DNA from: Octopus bimaculoides
Taxonomy: Eukaryota
Direction of reading: 5' to 3'
Length of the DNA stretch: 64,000 bases
NCBI RefSeq assembly: GCF_001194135.2
Contig: NC_068988.1
Span: forward strand, 59,369,604-59,433,603
The notes beneath the pieces are model-generated. The model saw only the letters and a program-made list of their open reading frames with translations. It was not told the DNA's origin and did no database searches. This document shows, one piece after another, positions 24,281 to 37,730 of this stretch (position 1 is its first letter; each line of letters opens with the position of its first letter). The position numbers were made by a program, and so were the translations under genes.

Positions 24281-25158
24281 TATTTTATGTATTGACATCG
24301 ATAATAATAACAATATTGATATCTATATAAATATTCTATTCTGAATATTTTTGCTGATGACTAGTACTGTTCACATTGAGACTGTCCACATTTTGCCGCT
24401 AAGCATCTACGGACGCCAGCAGATTTTAAAACTGCGGACTTTTTCTAAGGATTAAGATGTGCTGAGAAAGGTAAGAAATTTGTATCGAATGAGAAGCCGG
24501 TCCACATATATATCTGTTCCATTGAATATATAGATTTGTACTATATAGGTATGAGAGATCTTTTTTGGTTCGCTTGCCAGTAAACTGTTGTATCTGTTGT
24601 TTTCAGTGTAATTGTTTTTGGTGCAAATGAGAGTCCTAACTCTTGTTTCTGGCGGATAGACATTTCGTTGTGATCTTGATTAATATAATTCTAATTTTAT
24701 AGGTATGTAACGCTGATTTATGCCTGCAAATGCATATATCAATATTGTTGTTATTATGCACTATTACTATTGAATTCAATAATAATAACAATATTAATGT
24801 CTATATAAATATTTTATTCTGAATAGTTTTGCTGCTGATATNNNNNNNNNNNNNNNNNNNNNNNNNNNNNNNNNNNNNNNNNNNNNNNNNNNNNNNNNNN
24901 NNNNNNNNNNNNNNNNNNNNNNNNNNNNNNNNNNNNNNNNNNNNNNNNNNNNNNNNNNNNNNNNNNNNNNNNNNNNNNNNNNNNNNNNNNNNNNNNNNNN
25001 NNNNNNNNNNNNNNNNNNNNNNNNNNNNNNNNNNNNNNNNNNNNNNNNNNNNNNNNNNNNNNNNNNNNNNNNNNNNNNNNNNNNNNNNNNNNNNNNNNNN
25101 NNNNNNNNNNNNNNNNNNNNNNNNNNNNNNNNNNNNNNNNNNTATATACATATATATG

Positions 25159-25209
<51 letters not shown>

Positions 25210-26065
25210 GTATGTATATATATACTGGAAAAAATTGCACTGATTGACACTTGCATGTAAGTATACACATACGAAATCACTCACTCTTTGTCTATCTCTA
25301 TCTCTACAAATAGCATCCCGTGTAACATAATTCCAGCATTCAAACATATACATAGATATTCAAAGCAAACAATAATATGTTCGAACACGTTTCAGCTTAA
25401 ATACGCATAGTTATGAAAAGAAACTTTTCCTTATCTTCGGTTTTTGTTCATTCAGTCTTTAACGAGTGGTCTGATTTGGTATTGTCACGTAAAGCTATTT
25501 CTGATTATTCCCATTATTCACTGGAGATTTGCTTTCGGCATGTACATTAGTATTAAGAATGACTTTTTTTGAATCTCATTTTTTTTTCAAATCTAATTTA
25601 AGTCACTAAATCACAATTCAAATCTTTGAAATTTCTTCTTTGACATGGTATGTATAACTATTTACTATTTTATATTTTTTTATGCAAGCAAAAAGCAATA
25701 CATAGACATTACAAAACCCTTGCTCAAATAGTTATAATGGACATATTTATTTTGAAAGCAGCAACATCAGCAGTAGTATTAGGGAGTTTTTCTGCCCCTT
25801 TTGCTATTTTGATATCAAAAATATTTATGCTGCTGTTGATAGTTTATATATAACATCAACATATCACATGTCATCAGAAGCTGAATATTGTCATTTTCAA
25901 GTCCATCACGAAATTTTGTGGTTATTCATAATTTACAGTCAGAATTTAAATGTGTTACATTAAATGATGACATTTAACCAGGGAATGATGGACGGGTATT
26001 TAGTCTAACATCGACAATGGAATAGAAGACGAAACAGGACTTCGATAAGGTGTGAATGCATAGAG

Positions 26066-26096
<31 letters not shown>

Positions 26097-26375
26097 NNNN
26101 NNNNNNNNNNNNNNNNNNNNNNNNNNNNNNNNNNNNNNNNNNNNNNNNNNNNNNNNNNNNNNNNNNNNNNNNNNNNNNNNNNNNNNNNNNNNNNNNNNNN
26201 NNNNNNNNNNNNNNNNNGGGGGGGGGTGTATGTGTGTGTGTGTGTGTGTGTTTGTGTGGGTGTATTGTGTGCGTGTGTGTGTCTGTGTTTGTGTGTATGT
26301 GTGTGTTTTAAATAAGATGAGACAACAAAACCAAGGTTGTGTGAAGTTTTCAGGACGTTTATAAAGAGAAAGTTT

Positions 26376-26423
26376 GTCTAACAGCAGTTTCTGGGATATT
26401 AGGGATATCCCTTCATCAGAGAC
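26376..26423 (-). ncRNA. Type I hammerhead ribozyme, fully intact
   Basis: GTCT-CTGATGA-A-GGGATAT-cccta-ATATCCC-A-GAAAC-TGCT-GTT-AGAC: 4-bp stem I, perfect 7-bp stem II, GUU site. Confidence 0.85.
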
Positions 26424-27169
26424 GATGAGTGATGTTTAAATAGAAGGAAATACTAGAGTTCAGTACAGGAGTTATTGTGGAAAAGGAAGCAAATAAAGAG
26501 TATATATGGAAATAGGAGAATGAATGTAGACATAAAAATTAAAATGTATAAAGATGTTATAGTTGCAGTTACATTATTCAAGGAAAGTGGTGTGTAGAAA
26601 TGGTATAAATGCTTCCTATCCGTGGTATGTAAATTCCAATAGGGGTTTATATTTTGTCATCACAGATGGAACCGTGGAGACATACATTCCATGTGCTGTT
26701 CATACAAAAGGGTCTTGTGGTGTGAATAAAAATGTGAGACCGTAGTGATAGTATTAAGTGGATAGAGATGGGAGAAGAGATGTGTATGTTAAAATGTAGA
26801 GAGGTCAAAGGGAAAATGAGAAAAGAAGTAAAGAAAGAGCAAGCGAAAAGGAAAACAAGTAGAGAAAAGGAAAAAAAGTGTTAAAAAAGATAAAATATGA
26901 AGACGGTGTATTAGTTGGTGGCCAAGATTTTAAGAGGGGTGATGGGGAGGAGTATGGTAAGAGTAGGAAAAAAATAAGAATGTAAATAATAAATATGTAT
27001 GAGGTGTATGATATGTTAGAATGGCATTAAGGTTTGGGTACGGCAAAATGTATAGGAGGAGTTTTTTTTAAAGTGAGTAGTAAAGCACAAAACGAAAGGG
27101 CAGAATGCTAAGAACGATCAAGTTTCTATAAATAGACTTATGTAATAGTGTCGGTAGAAGAATCAGGGA

Positions 27170-27360
27170 AAGAGAGAAGTGTATATTGATATACGGACAT
27201 ACGCACGTACATATATGTGTGTGTCTACGCATTATGATGTAGGCATGCGTACTTGTGTATCTAAACACGGACGCATGGATGCATATATATACACATACAT
27301 ATACACGTTCAGACATATACAGAAATACGCAATGTATGCACGCACAAGAACACAACTGTT

Positions 27361-27444
<84 letters not shown>

Positions 27445-27540
27445 AATATAGATACCCATAAATGCATACACGTGCGCACATATAAACTCGTATTTGTACA
27501 CGTATACACACTTACACGCACACAAGCACACAACCTTGCG

Positions 27541-27628
<88 letters not shown>

Positions 27629-27690
27629 CACATACGCACATACATCCTCATACATACGCCTATGTATGCCCATATGTGTAGTATTAAACA
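27170..27690. repeat. (CA)n/(TA)n compound microsatellite block inside the PLE
   Basis: Direct reading. Confidence 0.9.
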
Positions 27691-30600
27691 GTTAAATTAA
27701 GACTGGAGAGTTAAAAAATTGATGGTAAGTCAAATAGGGTTGTTATGCCTTACCTAAGTGGTTTTCGGGATATGTGCTGAGTGGTTATTTAGGTTGCATT
27801 TAGATTTGTGGTAACATTTGAAGGTATGGAAAAGCGTTGGTTGCATGTACCTAGGGCTTCGTTATATTTATCTAGTCGTATAGAAAAGTTGTGTTTTAAT
27901 ATGGGAATGCCTCTTTTAGTCATAGCTTACAGGCTGAGCGTTGACCTTAGTATGGAAGACCTGAATATATTATGGACCATGATATTATATAGGGAACATC
28001 TATATTTTTGAGAGGTTGTATGTGACTGCTTAGTGTTTCTGGTATCTAAATGAATTGAGATGCGCAGCGTATCGTTGTTTAAAATTTATAGTTGATCCTA
28101 TATATATGGCCGTAGAATTGTGTAACGTGTTTACGGCGTTGCATATATAAATTACAGTAGATATCCTGCAATGGGTTTGTAGATGGCAGAATATCTCAGG
28201 ACGACATTTACATGGTTGTGCAGTGTGAAGATTATCCTCGGGAATGGAGGGGGTAATACTGTCAAAGGAGAGGTTAGGGATGGGTGTAGATTGGTCTATG
28301 TTATTAGCAATATTATTACTACTATCATTACTATTTCTAACATTGTTGTTATTTATCCTATCCGTAATAGTAGTGGAAGTTGTGGTCGTCGTATTTTGGT
28401 TTGTGTTAGTGGGATTGGCAGGGTTTCTGTTGTGGACTAAAGTATAGGGTTCGACATGGGAGCTATGTATATGTTGGGCACTTGTGTATTCAAAGCTGTT
28501 AGAATGTAAGTTTTGATAATAGAGAGAAAGTTTTCGTTTCTTAGATGCTCAAAGTTGGGTGGGGAGGAGTAGGATAGTTTTAAGGTTGAACTATCAAAAA
28601 TTGAGTAATATTTATGTTAACAGGGGAGGTTTGAGTTCTGTATATTAAAAAAGGATTTAGCTAAGTTCTTGATATTTAGTAAGAAGGGGTGTGTGCACCA
28701 TGTAATAGAGCGTCCACCGCTTTTTTGTAGTTGTTTAAGGGTTGTGTTATCTATATTTTTGAGACGTTCAACCGTCAATGTTACATATTTCTCTCTTAAA
28801 ACATTAAGAGTTTTGAACTTTATTTCTTGCAATATAGGCACCTCAGCACATCCAGTCACATTTAGCGACGTTAAATATTTCTTGTGTGGAATTATATAGC
28901 GCCTAGCTGTTTATACTAATTCATATGTGTGTGTTTGCGTGCGTGTGTGTGTGAGTATATATGTGTGCGTTCCTGTGTGAGTGTGCGTGTGAAAATGGTC
29001 ATATGCGCATGTGTTTGTGTTTAAATATTCGTTATACATCATATTTTTTTCAAGTCAGACTCCAGTTTAGATCTTTATACATATCCAAGCACAAGATCTT
29101 CAATTAAGTTACGACTAGGAAGAGATTGATGCGACAAAAGTAAAATATATATTATTATTCTCTACTATTGTGTTGAAAGTACTTTTTTCCGACATTTAAT
29201 ATTAAATGGATATAAAAGCAGCTATTTGAGAGTATGCTTACGCATGTGTGTGCATACGAGTGTGAGCGCGTGCGATATGCATGCTGGTATACTTTAGCGT
29301 TGCACCTTCCACCGTGAAGGAAAACTAATTGCAATCGAACGGCATTTGCGTCATAAAGCGTTAAAAAAATAACCAAAATCGTCCATTGGCTTATTAGAAA
29401 TTTAAGAGAATTCGGTTTCGAAATCACACATATTCTTACATACATACATGCATACATACATACATACTTACATACATACATATATACGTACATACATACA
29501 TACATGCCTAAACATATCCATTCATGTATGCAAAATACACACATACATACATGTATATATACCCATGTATTATATGCACGCATATAAACACATCATTTTG
29601 AAATTAGACTGTTCTTTTGTGAGCGATAAGCATCGAATCTTAATAGTAAATTTTCTTGGTATTTGAACGAATTTTATCGTCTCTTCCATTCTTGCATTAA
29701 CATCATAAAAGAAAGTAGCTAAAAGAAATTCCTCAATTGGCAACATTTATAAAAATCTAATAATCAATATGTCTCTATCGGATAATGAAAAAATATATAT
29801 GCCTTCCTATCCTTTTCCTTCGTCTTGTCATGATCTTTGGCGGGGCTTATGCTCTAAATACAATATGTATGTTGAAATGGAATAATGTAATTCTACGACA
29901 CACGCACGCACACGAACACACCCACACACACACCCACATACGCAAACACACTCACATACGCAAACACTAAGAGATTTATATATTCATATTTATGTGAATA
30001 CATATATATTTGTGTGTGTAGTATGAGGTTTATATGAAGTATGTCTGCATGTCTAAGTTCTCTCCTCTATATGTGTCATTCTAACACTATTCACATTTTG
30101 TAAAATTTCTGCTTATTGTACATTTCTTATAATGGGTTTTTTATGGTCTCCTCCGTTCCCCTCTCTACTCCGTTATTCCAGTATCATTTTAATTTCTCTT
30201 AATTCTAATTTCTAATTATGTATTCCCTTCTCTCACATGGGCAAACGTATATTACGATATTGTTATAACCGTTTACATCCCATTACCTGCGTTTCCATTT
30301 TTCATTCATTGCGTTTCGTTCTTTGTGAAAAGTTGCCATTAAGTTATGATTGAAGTCATAACTTGTGTGTTAAAATTATAATTAGGAAGAAAGTATTCTT
30401 CTTCCTTTTATTAGAGGCCCATACCTTAATATAAGTTAAAGGTTGATTCAAGTAATATGATTTTACACCTAAACCTCGTTCGAGATGTTTTTCGACAGTG
30501 TAATTTTGATATCTATAATCTGTCTCATTGTTAAAATGTATCATTAAAGTCTAACCTAATATATTATACCGGAATATTCGTGAAAGATTAAATTAAATAT

Positions 30601-30892
30601 GATTAAACCCTGTCCGTTGCCTCAACAACATGTTAAAAACAAAACTGTTTTATTACATTGAAAAATCTAAAATTTCGAATTAATTAATATCTTGTATTTA
30701 TTTCAGGTGCATGTTCCATTTAAAGATTCAACACTCCTAGAAAATATTTTGCGTCTGTCTCCAAACTTTATCTTAGATAAACACACTGTTTTTCTTAATA
30801 TGACATTGCGTATTGAGAAAATGACCATACATACATGAATATTCATGTCTGTTACTGAATCATTACATTGTTGTAAACTGTATGTCAATATA

Positions 30893-30939
<47 letters not shown>

Positions 30940-33900
30940 GTATGTGTGTATGTATAAAGGTATGTCTATATTATATTATACGTAGATGTCTGTGTGTATA
31001 TTCACTTGAGTGTGCATGCACATAATATATCACGCTTAAAATGTAGTCTACCTCAGCTAAAGTTTAAGCAACCTTCACATGTATCATATGTAGATAGGGG
31101 CTGAATGTACACACAAGATGTCCACTCTGTTCTAACACCGGCATACTTAAGCACGGAGTACATTTATTTTAAACTGTTAACCCAACGTCTGATGAGAAGA
31201 CACTATCGTTGGAATCCCACTCATGTCACTAATACCATTTCTGAGAGAAACTGTAAGAACAGAGATAATAACAATGACAGCATTGTTGCCATATGTGTGC
31301 CATTTACCAAAGAATGATAGAGACAATTTAGAATACACACAAACAGATCAGATTTCTTATCTCCACACAACGTGACTGAGTGGTAGAAGTTGATCTGTTG
31401 AAATAGATAACGGTTCCAACGCACATGTCACAGAACTTGTTTAGCCATCTTGCTTTCTAAGGCAGCAAAGCACTGGTTGAAGGTAAAGGTGTCTTAATAG
31501 AAGATCTGAATAGGATGTATTGTTGTAAGACACAAAACATCAAATGTTCCTGAGGTCCATCAGTTGCTATGGTATCTGCTCATGTATACTGAACTAAGGA
31601 AGAGTTATTCAAAAGAAAGTCTGTTAAAGCTTTAACTGAATATCGTCCTGATCGGTCAATTTACTACTCAGTAATAATATGAGTTGCTATGGGAACACGT
31701 GTTGGGAGTATTATGAGAAACGGATCTTTACCAAATAATATTCCAGTATAGAAAATATTGGCTACGATTCTTACGGTAGAAAGGACATGCAAAACCTACT
31801 AAGGGCATGAAAGTAATACAGTTACCAAGAAAATGTTTGCAAGAGACAAATGAGAGGAGGGAACATTATTAGACGAAGTAAACAGATAAGATAAATAGAT
31901 TAAATGTCGAAGTAATAAAATGATATGACTAAATAAATCAATCGAAATTATAAAATGAACCAATAAATCTATTAAATGGTGAATGAACATATGTAAAGTC
32001 AGTAAGTATCCGTTTCATCCTCGTAGTCAAAACTAGAATATTGAACGTATAGATTGAAAATTCCTAGAAATTGGTGATTAAAAAAGTAAATAAAGTTAGA
32101 TGAAGGCAATTAAATGGTGTCATAAAGGAAAGAGTAAAAGTTCTAAAGGCGTAAATCTAATTTTTTGCCTGTGTTGAGGCTGTCCTTTTCTAATGAAGGG
32201 AATTCGACTATTGAATTGAAAACAGCCATATACTATAAAATGGGTGAATGTAATCAAATAAATTGCTTCAAAAACATTAGTATTCCAAAATATACGTGAT
32301 TCTGTGTGCGTGAACGTTTGGGTGATAGTATGTATATGTATTAATACATGTCGATATATGAATATGAAAACTAACATATATACGTACATACAGACATACA
32401 TATTTAATCACGTGTTGTAAATGTATGTGTGAGTGAGCGTATGTCAAATAAAAACTAACTGCCGTCTTTAAAGATTCACAAATCAAAGCTTTAGAATTAC
32501 CGCAGGTACGCTAGAGCTGAAATTATCTAGCTTCAGATATTTCCATCTATAAATCTGTTACAATTTAAAAAAAAAAAATCTGTAAGCGAAACAAGAGAGA
32601 ACCAAAATTTGACTAAATTTTGTACGATCCAAGAGGAAAAAAATACATTAAATCACATATCTGGATTGAATTCTTTAAGCCAGCATTGAAGACATCTGCA
32701 TGTTCATCAATTTTAAGTCAAATAGATTCGTGCAGGAAACTTCTTTGCGCCAATAAAACTAGTTCAGAATAACCACCATATACAATGGAAAATTCTCTAG
32801 TTTCCGTTTTACTTCTCCTATAATCAGACGTCACCTTTCGTTTTAGTTTCTGTTCTCTTAACCTTTTTCCTTTTCTTCCTCTCTTCTTCAACATTCTTCT
32901 CTCCTCCTGCTACTGCCAATAATAACACTATTAATAATAATGATATTAAAAATATTAATACTACATTTTCTCTACATTTCCCTATGTTCCTTGGTTTTAC
33001 TTTTCCATTTATTACAATTCCTCTGAATATATTAAGATTTGCTTTTGTATGCAAAGAATAACTGAAAAAGTTGTTTCTTGAGTCATTTCATGGGAAGATA
33101 TTGAAGGATTCATATCTATGTACGCATGTCTCTCTCTTTCCCTCTCTCTCTCTCGCTCTCTCTCACTCTCTCTCATTCTTTCTCTCTCTCTCTCTCTCTC
33201 TCTCTCCCTCTCTCTTACACACAAAATCTCTGTCGCTTTGATTCATGGCCTTAATCAGGGGCACTCAGGATTTCACAAGACAGTTGCTGTGAACATCCAC
33301 GAAAACGGGACACAAGTGCCCATAAGAAAACGTATGTTTCGTCATACACTCACTGACTGAAATATCTTAGAGTGTGGGGCCAGTCAAAGGCCTTCCCCAT
33401 CCATATCGATGACTGCTTCATACAGAGGTCAACACCTACCTAGATATCTCACTTGCTGTTTTACTGAGAATTTGTCATCAGTGATACGACTTCGTGTAAC
33501 AAGGGTGACCTTTTTGCCATTCATTATAATTCGATTGCTTTATAATTTTGCAATTAATCGTTACCGTGAATTTTATAAGATTTTCAAATAGTTTAATATC
33601 TAATTAGATTGCTCGTTTAAGTACACGTCCTTAGTTTTTCTTACAATATCAAATGATACAACAACCTAAGCAATGGAGTATTACAACTTACTGTATTACG
33701 TAATGGACAATTCGAGTGGATAGCCTGTATCTTAGTCAGCTAGGTAATTTAATTACCTCACTGATTATCCTTAATCGATCAAATGAAAAGCTACTTTCCT
33801 AACCTTTATATCATAAATTGATCTTTCTTCTACATTGCTGTAAAATGGAGAAGCTTGAAAAGTCTAAATGGCCGTAGTCTCAAATCTCTTGCATATTTCA

Positions 33901-34019
33901 AATATATTAAGCACATATAGTAGAACTTCAATGCTTCTCCTCTCCATCACTACTAACAGAGCCAGTGTAGTCGTCATTCCGCACATTTTACTCCACAAAA
34001 CCATGATAATTTATGAGAG

Positions 34020-34589
34020 CATTGCCTAGCAATGCAAAACACAGTAAAAACATGAGATACGAAAACGAATGAGTTCAATACGCAAACAACGAGAGAAACA
34101 AATGGAAAACAGGATAAGCAACATAAAGAACGACCCTTCATCAGTTGTCTTCTGGCTATTTTTGTACTCCTCATTTCGAGCACTGAACGACAAAATGAAA
34201 CTTCGAAGACAGTTGCTTCCATAATTACCAAAATATAATTTTGGATTTATGGAAGGTCAAATTTGGTAACAAAAACAGGACAGAGGAGATATATAAGGAA
34301 ACCGACCGAAAACAAACATGGATGGTTGTAGGAACCAGAACGAAGGTAAAATAGCGACCGCTGGAGAACTATATTCTTTGACAAGAAAAAAAGATAGAAG
34401 AGAGAGACAGGATACGCCCAGTCTTTAGGATAGCCCTGAAAGAAAAGAAAAATGACCACGAAAGGAAAATAAAGATGAACGATGGTCACGTGTGAGCAAC
34501 AAAAGAGAGTAAAGGAGAAAGAGGAAGAGAGAGACAGAGAGAGAGAGTGAGAGAGAGAGTGAGAGAGAGAAAGAGATAGATAGATAGAT

Positions 34590-34630
<41 letters not shown>

Positions 34631-34740
34631 GAGGCAATGGTGAAGGGGGCAAAATGAATTAGAGAAAGGAGAGAGAATTAGCGAGAAAACGTTAGGGGAA
34701 GAAAACAGTACAGTGTAGAATCGAATTAAAAAGATTAAGA
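34020..34740 (-). mobile_element. Non-coding dispersed element, copy A (family also at 34855-35465, 39200-39420, 54966-55265)
   Basis: Shared GTTGCTCACACGTGACCAT and ATGG(A/G)AGCA.CTGTCTT.GAAG...ACAACTGATGAAG with the plus-strand copy. Confidence 0.8.
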
Positions 34741-34854
34741 GAAACTTAGTTGGAAATGGATGCGTGGCGTTCAATCAAATAATAATATAAATAATATATA
34801 TACCGAACGCAGCGCATACAATTTTCACGTCAGTTTATCTTCACCTGTTTGATG

Positions 34855-35465
34855 CCACTCTCTATACTATACTGTTTTCTTCCTCCATCCTTTTCTAATT
34901 CCATTTTACTCCTCATCCCTCATTCACCATTTTCTATCTTTTTCTCTTTCTCTTCCTCCCCTCTTTCTCTCTTTTTCTCTCTCTCTCTCTCGTTGCTCAC
35001 ACGTGACCATTCTCCATCTTTCTTTTCCTCACGTGACTGTCTTTATTTTCCTGCACAGCAGTTTAAAATGAGCAGACGTGTTTTTCGCTTTTTTTCTATT
35101 CTTCTTCCTTTCCAAAAACATGTTTCTCCCAGCTTTTACAATTTTTTCTCGTTCTGATCTAACCACTCTCCATGTTCGTTTTCATTCGGTTTTCTTGTAT
35201 GTCTCTACCGTCATTTTTTCCTTCCCAAAGTTGACCCTCTATAAATCCTCAATTTTATTTTAGTATATATGGGAGCAGCTGTCTTTGAAGATTCATATTG
35301 TCGTTGAAAGCTCAAGATGAGAAGTAGATAGACAGCCGACAACTGATGAAGTGTCTTTTTCTGTATTTACTTGACCTGTTCTCTACTTTCTCTGCGCATT
35401 TCACTCGCTTTGCCCTCGTTTGTTTACGTATTTCAAGTTATTAGCACCGTTGGTGACGTTCTGTA
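34855..35465 (+). mobile_element. Non-coding dispersed element, copy B, inverted relative to copy A
   Basis: See copy A; enclosed by ~36-bp inverted repeats at 34750-34785 and 35525-35559. Confidence 0.8.
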
Positions 35466-36009
35466 CACATATATGCATGTATATACAGACATATACATGT
35501 ACACACATATATATGTATCCTATTTATTATTCAATTGAACGCGACGCATCCATTTCCAAGCATATATATATATATATATATATATAGGTAGATAGATAAA
35601 TAGACAGACAGACAGACAGGAAGATAAATAGATAGATAGATAGATAGATGGATAGATAGATGAACATACGTATATACAAAGCTATATAAATGCACATGTC
35701 AGACATGACAAATTATGCAATTTCAAATAAAAAAAGTTTTCTAAGTACGGCGGAGTGTTAATTCCTATGTTAGCGAAGTTTAACAGTCAGACAGTTTAAC
35801 ATAGTTACTAAATATTCTTCAAAGGCAGTTGGGCAACATTCCTGACAGTAATGACTAAGTGCAGCCCAGGCGATGAAACTTCACAGAGATGTAGGTGTGC
35901 CATTTCCAAAATCATTTTAATATTAGAAAAGTGTCGTTCATCATGTACCTACTCACCTACTTATAAATATCTCTTACCCGATAAAAATAAGATTTAAATG
36001 CAACTTTGA

Positions 36010-36666
36010 ATCTATTTCAAAACGGGGGCACCAGTTTTCATTTATGTTTTATGTAGTGTTTTTGGTACCGAAAGACTTTCAAACTTCGTATACTTATCTA
36101 TTTTGTGTTATAGAACAGAAAAACATTTTTGTACTCGAATTTATTTCATGTAAAAAATTGTCTTATTTCGATAATTTCTACTAATCACTGACGTCTATTC
36201 AGTTGAAAACAGTTAGCGCTGTAACGGTGTATATCGTATTAATCCCCTAACCCTAACCCTAACCCTAACTAGACTGTTAACCCTAACCCTAACCCTAAAA
36301 CTAACCCTAACTCTAGAATCCGAACTCTAAAATGGTTACACACATAGATACGCACAGCGTAATTTATTATATAAACAGTATATGCGTATAAATTACGATT
36401 AAACCGGATGAAATATGTCACAGGGAATAACATTTTTATGACCGCCGAGCAGTACCTCTATTCAGCTGAATAGACGTCAGTGATTGGTTGAAATTACAGA
36501 AATACGACAACTTTAACATGGAATAACTTGCGATGTACGTTTTTTTGTTAAGAAGACTAAGAGAAAAAGATGTTTTATATGACACATTCTACCAGTGTCC
36601 CAAGTTTCAAAGTGTTTCGTTAGTGTTTCGTTAAGAAAATACTGGTGCCCCCGTTTTGAAATAGAT
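36010..36666. mobile_element. MITE / non-autonomous DNA transposon with internal (CCCTAA)n
   Basis: Perfect 26-bp TIR ATCTATTTCAAAACGGGGGCACCAGT (36010-36035 and 36641-36666); internal inverted repeat at 36181-36209 and 36460-36488; telomere-type repeats at 36245-36312. Confidence 0.88.
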
Positions 36667-37672
36667 CCGCATCTTTTAATAGATATTTCCCTTTTTCTTT
36701 AATCTACCTCGCACAATCACGAACAAACTTGTATATGCATATAGATATTGATGTGTAAGTTTGTGTATTTCTGAGTGTGTGCTTAGCATATGTGCGTTAT
36801 TATCCGTGTGTATATGTCTCTGTGTGTATGATTTCATATATACATATATATATATGAAGAAATAGAAGTTAAAAATGCATTGGAAATAGTTAAAGTAATT
36901 TTTATTAATATATTTAAAGTTATAACCGGTTTTACATTTCACACTTATTTTTTAAAATTTTCGACGTGGTTTATGTCGCAGTTGTCTTGCTTCTGTTTAG
37001 TGTTTGAAACCGGCACTATTTTTATAGGCAGATCACAGCTCAAATTAGTATATGTTTTGAATAGGATATGATTAGTAGAGGATAGTCACATGACTGATTT
37101 ATAGAAATGTTTGTATGCTGCCCGCTACGTTCGTGTGTTAGTATCAAGTGACAATCTTTGGCATGATAAGTTAAGGCTGACACGTTTGACTGAACATGTC
37201 ATCCGATGCGCACTAATAATATCCCCTTTACCCTATCAAGAAGAATGTGCACAATTGTTTCAAACCCTGAAAGTCGCAATAACAGACTCTAGGAACAAAA
37301 AGAAATAATACTTAATAGACTATATACAGAAATGCTAATACACAACGGAAGAGAACGTGCCAAAGCCAGAAATATCGAAGAGTTACAAAAAACGTAAAAC
37401 GCTTCTAATATATTAAAAATTCTACCCTTTATTACAACATACAATCCACGAAAAACAGGTTTACAATATTATCCAGCTTATCAATCTTACATATGGGCAA
37501 ACTTTTCAAACGTTTTACATGAACAAACCATTATTACTGAAATTGCTTTCCATATTTTCTACGGACTGCTCGAATCTTACTATTTTCCTACCTTTTGATA
37601 CTTGGATCTCACCGTTACATACATACAAACATACATACATACATACATGCATACACACACAGAGACAAACAA

Positions 37673-37730
<58 letters not shown>

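Larger units (their letters stand above)
26300..28910 (-). mobile_element. Penelope-like element, 3' part (RT C-terminus, linker, GIY-YIG endonuclease, hammerhead-bearing 3' region), interrupted by microsatellites
   Basis: Minus strand RSITWCTHPFLLNIKNLAKSFFNI, KYYSIFDSSTLKLSYSSPPNF, PCKCRPEIFCHLQTHCRISTVIY, AIYIGSTINFKQRYAAHLNSFRY, ACKL*LKE: typical PLE linker and GIY-YIG order; HHR on the same strand at 26376-26423. The 3' boundary is approximate. Confidence 0.85.

Noticed and set aside
27068-27700. Many overlapping YI/CV/HT-repeat ORFs (also near 13.3k, 18.5k, 37.6k, 42.7k, 62.8k)
   Set aside because: Translations of dinucleotide repeats
31186-31213. CCAACG/CGTTGG hairpin enclosing CTGATGA
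   Set aside because: No stem II or GAAA; cannot be called a hammerhead
31221-31424. Hydrophobic minus-strand ORF (SDLFVCILNC) suggestive of a GPCR helix
   Set aside because: No other GPCR motifs; neighbouring frames are full of stops; no clear splice sites
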